Shown: one piece after another, positions 27,053 through 39,000 of the stretch
Layout of the letters: every line of letters starts with the position of its first letter
Numbering within the stretch: the first letter of the stretch is position 1
Assembly (NCBI GenBank): GCA_024679065.1
Contig: JAGIQG010000006.1
Span: forward strand, 78,988,001-79,052,000
Source: Sphyrna mokarran
Lineage: Eukaryota
Length of the DNA stretch: 64,000 nt
Direction: 5' to 3'
Translations under genes and position numbers: made by a program
The notes under the pieces: model-generated
Told to the model about the DNA's origin: nothing
What the model saw: only the letters and a program-made list of their open reading frames with translations
Database searches by the model: none

Positions 27053-28787
27053 AAAGATAATTGGCACAGTCACTAAGTTGTATGAGGAATTCTGCTTTGT
27101 AAAGTGATATCTACCCATGTCCCAAAATGCTTCATATGCATTCAGGTGGATGGCCATTACTGAATCCCCCACATAAAAATCCTGGAGATTACTTTTGACT
27201 GAAAACTGAACTAGTCAATTACATACCATGGTTACAAAAGCAAGTCAGAGGCTAGGAATTCTGTGGTAAGTAACTTACCTCTAGCTCTTCTAAAGCCTGT
27301 CCATCAACAAAGCACAAGCTAGGGTTGTCACAGAATATTCTCCATTAGTCTGGATCAGTACAACTCAGGACATCACCTTCCAAATCCATGATTATTATCA
27401 CCTGGGACAAGGGCAGCAGATGCACGGGAAAACAATATTCTTTAAAACTAGCACAAAAGCAAGTTGTTTGCGATTGTTGGAGGGAAGGCCAAGCATCTCA
27501 GGTCCAGGACGTTGTTGCAAGTGTTAGGATCAACATATTCAATTATTTCAACAATCATCCCTCCATCATATATTCTGTCAAACCTTCCAGTCTTGTGTCA
27601 CACCAGTGGGAAATCAAGTCAGAAAACACAGATGGAGAAAAGGATCAACACCATTCTGGGAATCCGTTGTCCCAATCCAAATCAATGATTGGGAGTTAAG
27701 CATGGAGGGTGAAACATTCTTTATAGACTGGGGAAGAAAATGAAAACAAAAACCCAATTGATAAAGGCAGAGTTCAATTCACTAGAGACTTCGGGCTGAG
27801 TACAATATTGTCTTAGTGCTGTGCCTGATGTGTTGGTCATCGTTCTGCTGTTCCTACCTCCATCTCGATGCTGAGCTAGTCTTCGTGGACAGCACTGTGA
27901 TGCTGGACCCTTCTGTATCACTGAGTCAGATCAGTACTAAGCCTGGGAATGGAGAGTACAGTGATCTCCTTGCCCCTGGTACCACATAGCAGTTTCTGGA
28001 CAGGACTCATGCAGCCCAACAACAAAGGTCAAAAGTTTGACTGGGGTTGGAACATGAAGTGATGCCAGAGGGGTGGGATGGGAGGGTGGCCTGACAAAGA
28101 CAAAGGGGAAGAAATGTGAAAGGAGGGCTCACAATGGCAAGCGAAGGGGAAGGGCAGTGGATGAGGATGATACACAACAGAAAGCAAAGGGAAGATCGAA
28201 GGGAAGGAAGCAGTACCTCAATAAGGCTGTATGCAAAGCTCACAAACAGGGGAATCAAAGTGAAACCACATTGTTTACTGTAAGTGGATGCAGAAAGATT
28301 CCAGATACAATGGGTAGAGATCCAAATGTCTTGCAGATGATGGGCTTTGCCAGGGTGGGGATAGTGAACAGATCTTGACTTTTCCCTCTAGGTTGCTGAC
28401 TTTCTGCTCAGTCTAGCAAGGACAGATGTGCTGGACTGGGATTGAAGTACAGACTGAGGGAACTAAGCATCTTGTTACAGGAATCCATTAGTAGATAATA
28501 TAGTCAGGGGGGGGATTGACACTGTTCGCTGAAGCTGAGCAGGAGACTAGAAAATAGTGTTGGGATTGAAATCTACAGGCAGGCAGCAGGCAGTTGTCAG
28601 CCTGCCCTCTTGAGGGGGGAAACATGCCTGTACAAAATTTAATAAGATTCCAAGCACAGACTGTGGCACAGGATTGCACCATTCCAACCAGTAGGAAAGG
28701 TGCAGCCAGAGCTGCTATCCACTGCACTCAAGTCTCAAAATGAGAGAATTTCATCCTTTGTTCCCAAGGAAATTACATCCCTTAGGA

Positions 28788-29070
28788 TAGGGAGGCACAG
28801 TAGCTGGCACAGCTGCTTCACAGCTCCAGGGACCTGGATTCAATTCCCCAGCTTGGGTCAGTGTATGGAATTTGCACATTCTCCTTGTGTCTGCATGGAT
28901 TTCCTCCCACAGTCCAAAGGTGTGTGTTAGATTGATTGGCTATACTAAAATTGCCCCGAGATGCATAGGTTGGAAGGTAAATATATAGGGATATGGCCTG
29001 GATGGGACCGTGATTGGTGCAGACTTGGTGGGTCAAACGGCCTCTTTCTGCATGGTAGGATTTCTATGAT
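28788..29070 (+). mobile_element. HE1/V-SINE-type SINE
   Basis: GGCACAG..GCTGCTTCACAGCTCCAGGGACC head to TTCTATGAT tail. Confidence 0.85.
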
Positions 29071-29179
29071 CTGACTTGGCCCATGGCTAAGGGCAGGAGG
29101 GTGAGGCAAGTATGGAGATCAGGAAAGTAAAAGTGGTGGAGTCACAGGCCTTGCAATTCTCCAACAGGTTCTTGCAGTC

Positions 29180-31200
29180 AGTATGAACCAAAGCAGGAGC
29201 TGCAGAGTGACTGAGGAAACTAAGCATCTTGTTACAGGAATCCATTAGTAGATAATTACAGTCAGGGGGATTGACACTGTTCCCTGCAGCTGAGCAAGGA
29301 AGTATTGCCTACTTGGTGCCAAGGTTCTGGACATCTGCTCTGAAGAACTTACAATGAGATTATCCAGTTGTTGTGATGGGACATCAGTACTAATGACATA
29401 GGCAGGATTGTGTAGTGCTTTGACAGCATGAGTAGCAAGAGGTTAGATTAGAGCAGAATATCAAAATGTCTGGGTTATTACCTAATCTGAGCGCAAATTG
29501 TGGTAGGGTAAATAAGATCAGAATTCCTCAGCTCCAGGGCCCAGTTCAATACTAGCTGTGGGTTAAGTATGGAGTTTGGCTGTTCTCCCCACATTTGCCT
29601 GAGTTTCCTCTCAATCAAGCTGTGCCGGTTAGGTAAATTAGCATGGCAATAAGCCCAATGAGTCTATGATTAAATGTATGGGAAAAATGAATGTTCAATT
29701 CATGGGGCACTGGCACCAATACCCTAGGGTAGTGTAGTGGAGATATAACTTGATCTAGAGCATTAGAGAATCTTAGTTCCCATGTGAGGGAGGATATGGT
29801 AAACAATAAGGGAAATGATAAATCAGTACAGTCACAATAAAAAGGTAAATGAAATAACAAATGCAAGTAAACATATGATTATTACATAATTGACAAAGGA
29901 TGTTCCATATTTAGGAACAATAGGCAAAGAGGATCAAGGTTTTAGCAAAAAGATGACATCAGTATGAGAGTGGATCTTAGATTAAGATGTGGAGCTGAGA
30001 AACAGCAAAGTAGTAAATATTAGGAGTTGTTTGAGTCAGTTGTGGTAATGTAGGAATGACATCTAATTTCCTGATTATAGGTAGATGTAACAAGGTTAAT
30101 AATTAAGTCAGTCAGCTTGCAGAGGCCCTTTGGCCCATCATGTCTGCACTGGCCATCAAGATGCATCTGTTCTAATCCCATTTACCATCACTTGGTCCAT
30201 AGCCTTGTTTCACTTGCTCCCCAAAACAGTGATAAGAGTAGCTGTTGCCTCTACCACATTAGAAAGAGCTAACATGGAAATTGTGCTTAGCTAATCAAGC
30301 CACACTTCCAAGTGACTGCTAACTCAATCCCAAATAATTTTGGAAGCTTGGAAAAAAAAAATCACTGAAATTAAAACTGACTGATCTTTCAGGTAGTGGG
30401 GTATTTCAATCTAAATATAGACACTAAGTAAACATAATTAAACTGATGCTGTGGAGGATGAACTCCTGGCATGTATATAATGTATTTTTTTCCTATAACA
30501 GTATATTGAGGAACTAGAGAAGAGATTTTAGGTGTAGTATTATGCAATGAGAAGAGGTAATAATCACTTTCCAAAAATTAAAAACTAAGAATATTAAACA
30601 AATTTGGAGGCAATATTTTAATTCAAAACTAAAATCTTAAATGTAAAATGAAGGAAACCACAACATACAAAAGGCAAATTAGCATGGTAAGTTTAAAGTG
30701 CATTAATAGGTATGATGGACAAGCAATGTTTAAATTAAAGAATTAAAACAGTTCACAACAATTTATATTTCTTACAGTACAAAAGGTGATCCAACAATTT
30801 ACCAAAGTGAGGAGGATCAAGAAACCAACAAATGCAAGAAAAATTGAAAAACTTTTCTAGGTACTTCAAGAAAGGAAGATCAGCAAAGGAAAAAAGATGT
30901 GGGATCACTATTGGCAGAGACAGGAGAATTTATGGGGAACATGATTGTCTTCATGGAAGACAAAAATCTTCAGGAATACAAGAGACAGTAGTAGTGAGAA
31001 AACTATTAGAAAAATTAATGGTTATTCCTTAGACAAGATGATCTACATCCTAGAATATTGAAAAAGTGTCAGAGATAGTGAACATTTGTCATTTTTCTAA
31101 ATTTCTAGAGATCCTGAGAGTTCCCAGATTGGAATGTAGCAAATGTAACTTCACTATTAAAATAGTGATAAAATGGCAAACTGCAGATCTGTTGCCTTAA
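29180..31200 (+). mobile_element. Highly decayed CR1 LINE (ORF1 and ORF2 pieces, interrupted by SINE fragments)
   Basis: Esterase-like GAKVLDI/GTNDIG remnants at 29300-29520; ORF2-like DDLHPRILK remnant at 31037-31065. Confidence 0.5.
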
Positions 31201-32039
31201 GCCAATGTTATAGGTTGTGGCATTTTCTTGACAAAGGGTGCCTTAGTTAGCCTGGAGTTGGCAACAGGCCATCTGAATCCTTAAGGAGAGGATGCTGATT
31301 GGCAGCCTCTAAGCAACGTAGAGATAGGTGTACAACAGATATGTTTTGGACTCCTCCAAATTTAAATAAACTCAAAGGATTGCAGGAAATGCTGGTGTTG
31401 AGCTGTCAGGATACCCTTGTCCAGATGTTGCAGCTGAAAGCAACCTTAAAATGAACTTTCTGGGATGCATTACCCATCCACACTAATGCTCTTGGCATCA
31501 CCAAGTTTTAATCCTGCCTGCATGCAAACAGGTGAAAGGCTGTTTGCTGTCAATAACGGCAGACTGTCCTTGATTTACGGTAGACAATTTACTCCACTGG
31601 AAGTTTGTCATATTATTCAGTAGTGGATGCAAAGGATCTTCAGCTTGCATTAACCATTGTTAATGCAAGTTGACTTTAAACATTGATATTCCTGAGAAGT
31701 TCTAGTTATTCTATCCTAATAAAATAACAAAAAAGTTGAAATTGAATTTTTGATGAGACATTTCCCCCAATATAAAACTAAACATTAAGATAAATTGTAG
31801 GCTCCATAGACAAGTGCTGATTGAACAGCCAACCTAAGTGTTACTGTGATCCAGATTAATGTCCAACACAGCACTAAAGTTAAATATTTTCTGCCTTTAA
31901 ACACAATGAAAAGTGGGATAACATCCCTCAACTGGAAGTATTTCTCTCCAGATACCACCAGACTCGAACATGTTTGTAGTTTTTAAAATGAGAAAAAGAT
32001 CATTTGGGTAGGTAGGCGGGGAGGGGGGGAACGAATTAT

Positions 32040-32055
32040 CCACTAGATGGCAGCA
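32040..32055 (+). promoter_or_regulatory. CTCF core motif CCACTAGATGGCAGCA
   Basis: Near-perfect match to the CCASYAGRKGGCR consensus, just beyond the cripto 3' end. Confidence 0.65.
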
Positions 32056-32139
32056 ATACTTTGTCTCTGGTGCCTATTTTTTTTACACTCAAGTCAAGAC
32101 TGAAGTACTGCCCCATCTTCAGGTACAACTAGACGTGCC

Positions 32140-32201
32140 CAGAAAAAAAAACACTAAAAACTTTTAGCTCCAAGTAAATGTAGATAGGAATGATGTTTAA
32201 T
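32140..32201 (-). terminator. Probable cripto polyadenylation site (ATTAAA at 32201-32196 plus downstream U/GU-rich element)
   Basis: Minus-strand ATTAAA followed about 35 nt later by GTTTTTAGTGTTTTTTTTT; implies an AU-rich, repeat-free 3'UTR of about 800 nt. Confidence 0.55.
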
Positions 32202-32979
32202 TGCATTTCATTTCTGGTTTTACTGCCAGACATTAAAACAAACCATTTACAAAAATGTAGCAACATACTAATTAAAACTGAAAGATTTACAAGTTAAAAC
32301 TAGCATTTACAGCATTGGAAGTATTAAATTTGCACTTAAATATTTCACTAAAGATTATTTTTCAACTTCAGTGAAGTAGCTTTCATTTGGCACTGCTTTA
32401 CAAAGTATTGCCATTGACTACTGATCTCAGTACATGATTGAATAAGGCTATCAATAATATATTACACAAACAGCTTTACACAAAGACATGCATTGTTTGT
32501 AACTGAACATTTTCTCTCTACATTAGAAATCCAGGCTGTTACCTAACATTTTATAGAGTACTTACATTACCATTGCCCAATATTCCAGGGCAGAGAGGGA
32601 AGAAATTAATTCAGAATGGCAAAACATCATTTCAGGATAATTCTAAGCTTTGCAATCAGTGCTAAATGTGGCTTCACATTGTTCAGGGTGGTGGTGGATG
32701 GAGAAAAGCAAAGGGAATTCTAAATTCTGATTATCCATCCAAGTACAGGAAATACCAGTGTGGATATGTTACAAGACTTCAGATAAAAGACTTGGCTATA
32801 TTATACTTTGAATAGTTTGTCAAAACTCACTATATAGCCTTTTGAATGAAGTCACTTGTCTCATGTGCTAGAAATGATTGGTGTCTAAGGAGATGGAGAA
32901 ATTTCCAAAGTGAAGCAAACCCATAGCCAAGGGCCTACCAAAGTATTAAACATTTTATGCTGTATAATGTCTATGAAAT

Positions 32980-33092
32980 TCATAGTACAAATGCTATGGC
33001 AAGGCACATCACAGGCAGCAGCAGGGATCTTGTTAGTATCAGGCCAGAGGCATCAGCAGTCAATGTCTCATAGTAATCATCCCGTTCTGGAT
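32980..33092 (-). CDS. tdgf1: cripto coding exon 6 (GPI-anchor signal, stop)
   Basis: Acceptor TTCTTGCATTCTAG|, phase 1 fits; [37 protein letters not shown] has small residues (ADASG) followed by a hydrophobic tail. Confidence 0.9.
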
Positions 33093-36000
33093 CTAGAATG
33101 CAAGAATAATGAGATGTCACTTGTTTAACATGCAAGGAATGGAGAGAATAAAGTATCTCTGCATAGGTTCAGGTCAATTGGAAACATTTAACTAACAGGT
33201 CAATGCTGCTAGATAATTTTTCCTAGTCTTGCATTTTCATGTAAATTCAGGCTCATGATGTTTCCAACAGTCAAACTAGCTGACAGAATAGAAAATAATA
33301 GCCATCAAGCAAGTCTGGACAGGAAACTAGGAAGGAACCATTTCCTAGAACAGTAGGAAGTATTTCTGAAACCATGCATATCAAATATTCTTGGGGAAAG
33401 GGGCAGTGAATTTAAATCCATTCATTGATAGGTGTCATGGTTTATTTGCAAACTAAAACTTCAGGATAAAAGCAAATTTGTGATGCTGGAATTTCAAACC
33501 AAAGAGAAAACACTGGAAAATCTCAGACCTGGCAAAATCTGTAAATAGATAAAAGAGCCAATCGAGTCCAGATGATCTTTTGTCAAAGTTGATACACAGG
33601 GCTTTGACAAAAGAATCATTTGGACTCAAAACATTAGCTCCTGTCAGACTTGCTAAGATTTTCCAGCATTTTCTCTTTCAGTTTCTCAATTTAGGATTTT
33701 AATAAAAATCATTGCACAAATGAAAAAATACTACAGATGCTAGAAATTGAAAATTTTGGTTAAAGGTTTGGCAGCATGCTTCATTTCAATGAAATGTCAC
33801 TGGCCCAAAATATTAACTCTGCAGTTGCTGTGAGACTCACTATTTCAAGCATTTTCTATATTTCTTCCTCCCATCTCCTCCTGTAGCCCAATTAATGGCT
33901 CACTTTTTAAAATACTGTCTGTCCTTCCCTTTCAAGTCACTTAAACAGTCTTGACTCCCACCATATCTCCAACTCCACTAATGACAAGTTATAAGCTAAC
34001 TTTTCTCAATTGATCTTCAGTCTTTGGCATGAAGAACCATACTACCTTCTCCCATTGTCCAGCTGGATTGGGCTGTTCTCATCTGTATGTACAGCTGGTC
34101 CATTGTCACCTGGGAATCACTTCCTATGGCATTTCTTTCATTTGAACAGTTACCAAACTCCTTCAGAACCTATCCTTGCCCCTCCATATTGTTCCTTGAC
34201 AGATGTCCTGTATATGGGACAAGCAAGTCCCACATATGGGCTGCAGCTTTACCAACACCTCTGCTTTGATTTGTCATACAAGTGACATAAAAACAATAGC
34301 TTCCCTTGGACAGTTCATCATGGTCTTCAATCCCTGTCACAAATTGTTCTCTAGCCACCCCAACTCCATCCTTCTTGTGTTTTCTGTATCCCTCATCCAT
34401 GTGCCTTTTCACTTGCAGGCTTAAAAGCTTATTGTTGATTTCCCAAGTAGCTTTCTATCTTCCACTGTACAAACTCAGCCAAACATCTTGTGCACATGCT
34501 CAGTCCAAGCCCCATTTATCCATCACACCTGTGCTTGCTGACCTGTATTTTGTGTACAGCACAGTCCAAGATATTCTTGATCTTCCCTGATGGTCAACCT
34601 ATCATTGTGGCACACAGGCCTTCAGTTGCCTGAACCTCAACCTCTGGAATTCCCACCCTAAATCTTCTCCCAAGTAGTTCTTCAAAATTGACTATTTTTT
34701 GGGTCATCTGTTCTAATGTGTCTGGCATCAAAACTATTCCCCCTATTCTTGTATAAAGTCCTGGTGATCACCCAATAACCTTTCCACCAGGGCTCATACT
34801 CAGATTTAATCAAATGCTATAAAAATGCAAGCTGTAGTTCAGAACAGCAACTCATGTCACAGATAGATTAACAGATTATTTGACAGCTGGCCACAGGCTA
34901 ACCAGTTTCAACATAGATCAACTGACTTTGGTCATCTTGAGCAGAGAAAGAGGGGTTGTGGCAGATAGAAATCCTGGTGATGCTCTATTACTCATTTTAT
35001 AGAGTAGTACTTGCTTGAAAAGATGAACAAGATCCAATTTGCCTTCAATGATCTTTCAAATATTGTTGCTGAGGTTCATAAAGAATAATCCTTGTGGAAT
35101 GATACAAGGACTCTTGAAAAGTTTGTATAAATGAGAGAAAAGAGATTTAAAAGTCAACAGTAGCAATCAAATACATATGACAACTTCAAGAAGCAATTAA
35201 AACAAGAGACCAAAATATTAAAGTAGAAAGACAGGTTAAAAGTTTAATGTCCTAAAATAAGCCTATCTGCTCCATAAGATGAGCAGGCAATCACGGTCAT
35301 TAAAGGGCCTATTTAAACTAGTGATTAGAGGGATACTTGGGATTTTCAGTATCTGGAGGGTGCAGGTAAATGTAGGAGGAGGCGTAAAAATGGTAGATTG
35401 CATAAATGTAAAGATTAGTCAAGCACATAGCAAAAGCACAGAAGAAAATGAGCAGACTATGTTCTTGTATCAACAAGATGCTATGCCATATTAAATTTAG
35501 CAACAAGTCAGATTTAGTTATAGTCTAAAATGTGCACAAACATATCCAAGTGATTAAAAGTTGAAATTTAGACAAGGCATATTTGAATGAGAGACTGTCT
35601 TTTGTTCACTGGGCAAGCCAGTTAATGGGCACAATAATGGATCAGTGGGAGGTGGCTGCATTAGGCTGTGTGTGTGTGTCAGTGTTGTGAAGGACAAGTC
35701 TGACCTGCCCATACCATCTATCCAAATGTGGAAAGGTTTATGCAGAAGAACACTTGACTGCAATTCCATCAGGCAGTGGTCTGCACACAACATACTAGAG
35801 GTCTACAGAAAAGAGGATGATGGATTGGGAACAGACTGTCTCATCACCAGCACTTTCAAAACAGCACCAAAATGTAGCTTGGCTGGTGGTGAGAGAAAGT
35901 CACTGTCAGATCCTTTTTCAAAGCCCCAAATTTCACCCCATCTGCATGTTGCCTCGAAGTGACAGTAGTGGAAGAGAAGGGACTATTGTTCACTTTATGG

Positions 36001-39000
36001 TATGTGTCTTTGTTAAATAGTTTGGGAGAGAAGGGTAGTTTGAGAGAGAAGGGTATTTGAGGTTTATCCCAAGCAGCTTCATGATGCAAGAGATTGTGCT
36101 CTGCGGCACAGCAGCAGTAGTTAACACTGCTGCTTCACAGCTCCAGGGACCTGGGTTCAATTCCCAACTTGGATCACTGGAGTTTGCACAGTCTCCTCAT
36201 GTCTGGATAGATTTCCTCTTACAGTCCAAAGGTGTGGGTTAGGTTGATTAGCCATGCTAAAAAAATTGTCCTAGTATCCCAAGATGCTTAGGTTAGGTAT
36301 TAGCAGGTAAATTAAGGATATAGGGTAGGGCTTGGGTGGGATTGAGATTGAAGACTCATTGGTCAGATGGCCTCTTTCTGCCTGTAGGAATTCTATGATT
36401 CTATGGGCTGTTGCCAGGGACACAGACACAAACATTTGTTAGCAGAAGATCTTCAATTCAGTGAAAGATGCTCTTTGGTCTCCCCAAAACGTCATGTTGG
36501 TTTTCCAGTGCAAGAAGCTATCCTTGAATGACTGTTGCAAACTGGCACATTCCAAAGCTGTGATTGCATGCTGAAGGATGCAGTAAAGCTTGGGGCAGCT
36601 GCTAGGAGGTACAATGGCAAAGGGTGCTGTCAAGACCTTTCAGCCACAGTGAACCAAGGGGAGCTGAATGACTCACTGAATACATGTCCTTCTGCTGTTG
36701 AAAATTCTAAGTCACTTACTGCTCAAGCTTGCACAGAACAATTGTCATTTGAAAGAACTGAAGGAAAACTAGTGTCTATGGAATTATACCTCAGTGGAAA
36801 AATCCCTTCAGATTAAAAAAAGAGAAAATAATGGTAGAAAAGTGAATATACAACTTGCTGGAACCTATTATTTAGAGTTTGTCCAAATATCCATTTGTGC
36901 AAGTCCAAAATGCTAAATGCACTTTATATGCAGGTAGTGGTTGCATAGTTATATCATTGGGATGAAATCAAGGCCCAAGTTTGAATCCCATCATGCAGAT
37001 AGTGAAACCAAGTTTTTAAGGGTAGCAGTGATTGGTGCTGCTAGCTGAGTGTGAGGGATTCGTTGAGGGCTTGGCCTCAATGTCAAGCCAACTAAACACA
37101 AGTTAAATCAAGACAAAATTAAAATGGGCAGCTCCTCAAAAGCAAAGGAACAGCCTGAACAAAATCAAAGTACAAAGGAAACTTGAAAACAAATTAAAAT
37201 GTGATTTGGGGTCAATCATGCACTCCAGCCCCTGCAGTGCCCAACGGACAAAGTTTCAACTGCATGTGTTGATACCACATACTCCTTCTCCAGGGACACC
37301 TGGCCATGAACATAGCCACAGTAGAGGAGCAGACAGTCGGATGGACAGCCCCCTCAATTGCCTGCTGCCTAGGCCTGTAATTGGTATGTTTCGCCAGGCA
37401 CAGGTTCACAAGGTCACCATATTGATCTGCCCCAAGTGCTCGATCAGGAGCATGGGACGGAAGTGCAGACAAAACATTAATAAAAAAGGTTCTTCAGGAA
37501 AAAAGGGAGTGCAACCCAAGACAGAATATAGGCATGGTTCACAGACTAAGGCCACAGAAGGGGCAAACTTCAGAGCCTGTGAACCAGTAAGTCTTAGTTG
37601 TGCAGAACTGCTGCATACATCATCCTCAATCCCAGGTCCCCGATGTAATTGGAGGAGATCCCTCCTTAGAGGGACCTCCACCACCCGATGGCAACAGGGT
37701 CTACCAAGGACCTTGTACTGGAATATGTGCAGCAGCAACCTGTACTGGAAATGCCTCTGCCCAGTGGAAAAGACCTGGACATTTCTGCAAGCTGGCACCT
37801 GAGGCTTTGGGCCAATGTGGAACTCTGTCCAAGCTTGGGTGGGAGACCACGTGCATTTTCAGGGCTAATCACAACCATCCTTAGGTCTTTGGTCACATGC
37901 CAGACACACCCACAAACTCAGCCAGCACGTCTGAGGAGTTTGCATGTCAGCCCTGTGTCTGCAATGGGTTTCTTCCCTATTCCCCAAGAATCAGAATCCC
38001 ACAGTGCAGGAGGCCAGTCAGCCCATTGAGTCTGCACCAACTCAGAGCAGGTGAGGTGGATTGGTCTTGCTAAATTCTTTAGTGTTCAAAGATGTGTAGG
38101 TGAGGTGGATTAGTCATGGTAAGTGTGCAGGGTTGAGGAGATAGGACAGACAGGAGGGCCTGGATGGGTTGTGTTTTTAGAGCATCAATGCAGATACATA
38201 GGCCAGGTGGCCTCCTTCTACTGAAGATGAATTATTTACAGCACCCATACCAGTTCCACCACCCTAGGCTTCAGTAGACCAATTTTCACTTACCACAATC
38301 CTCAACCTTCCCAAATGCTTCAATGCAGTGTAGACTCCCATAGCTACACATACACCACGTACAACTCTTTAAAACCCACTGGCCATCTTTAAATTTGCCA
38401 CAGTCTCTGCCAAAGATATGACAAACAATTTAGTCCAATTAGCACAACACTACATAAATAGGAAAACAACATGAGAAATATCTTCTTACTTAAGGCGTTC
38501 ATCCAGCTCACAGTATCGCCCAAAAAAGTGAATTGGGCAAGCACAGAAACTGCCCAGAATGCATGTTCCACCATTCCTGCAGCAATTCCTATCCAGCATC
38601 CTGCCTGGAGACCAATAACACATTAATTCCAAAATCTAAAAGCAACAGACTAGAATCAAGGCTAGTAGCTCAGTTATATAATATATAGACCATCTGTGAA
38701 CCAAAACCACTTAACAGATGCTGTACCTCAAATGTTAGATTAAGCAGAGAAGCCATGTTGGAGAATAAATCCTGAGTCAGCAGCATTTAAAATGTAATAA
38801 GTGCAGTTCTTTATCAGAGAAAAGGACTATGTTAACACCATCTATACCTAAATGGAGCAATATACTTTAAAAGTCACTGGCTAGGTAAATTAGAAAGTTA
38901 AATAGAACCATTACACTAAAATATCCCCTCTTACACATATTCTACCAGTTAGTAGAGCAACATTCAAAATCTAGATAAATATTTACCTAATAAAAATTAA

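Noticed and set aside
35318-35506. Hydrophobic minus-strand ORF considered as an alternative GPI exon for cripto
   Set aside because: No convincing acceptor; the exon at 33092-32980 fits phase and GPI pattern far better
37206-37802. Longest ORF in the track (198 aa, plus strand)
   Set aside because: Antisense shadow of the Tx1 LINE remnant in cripto intron 5
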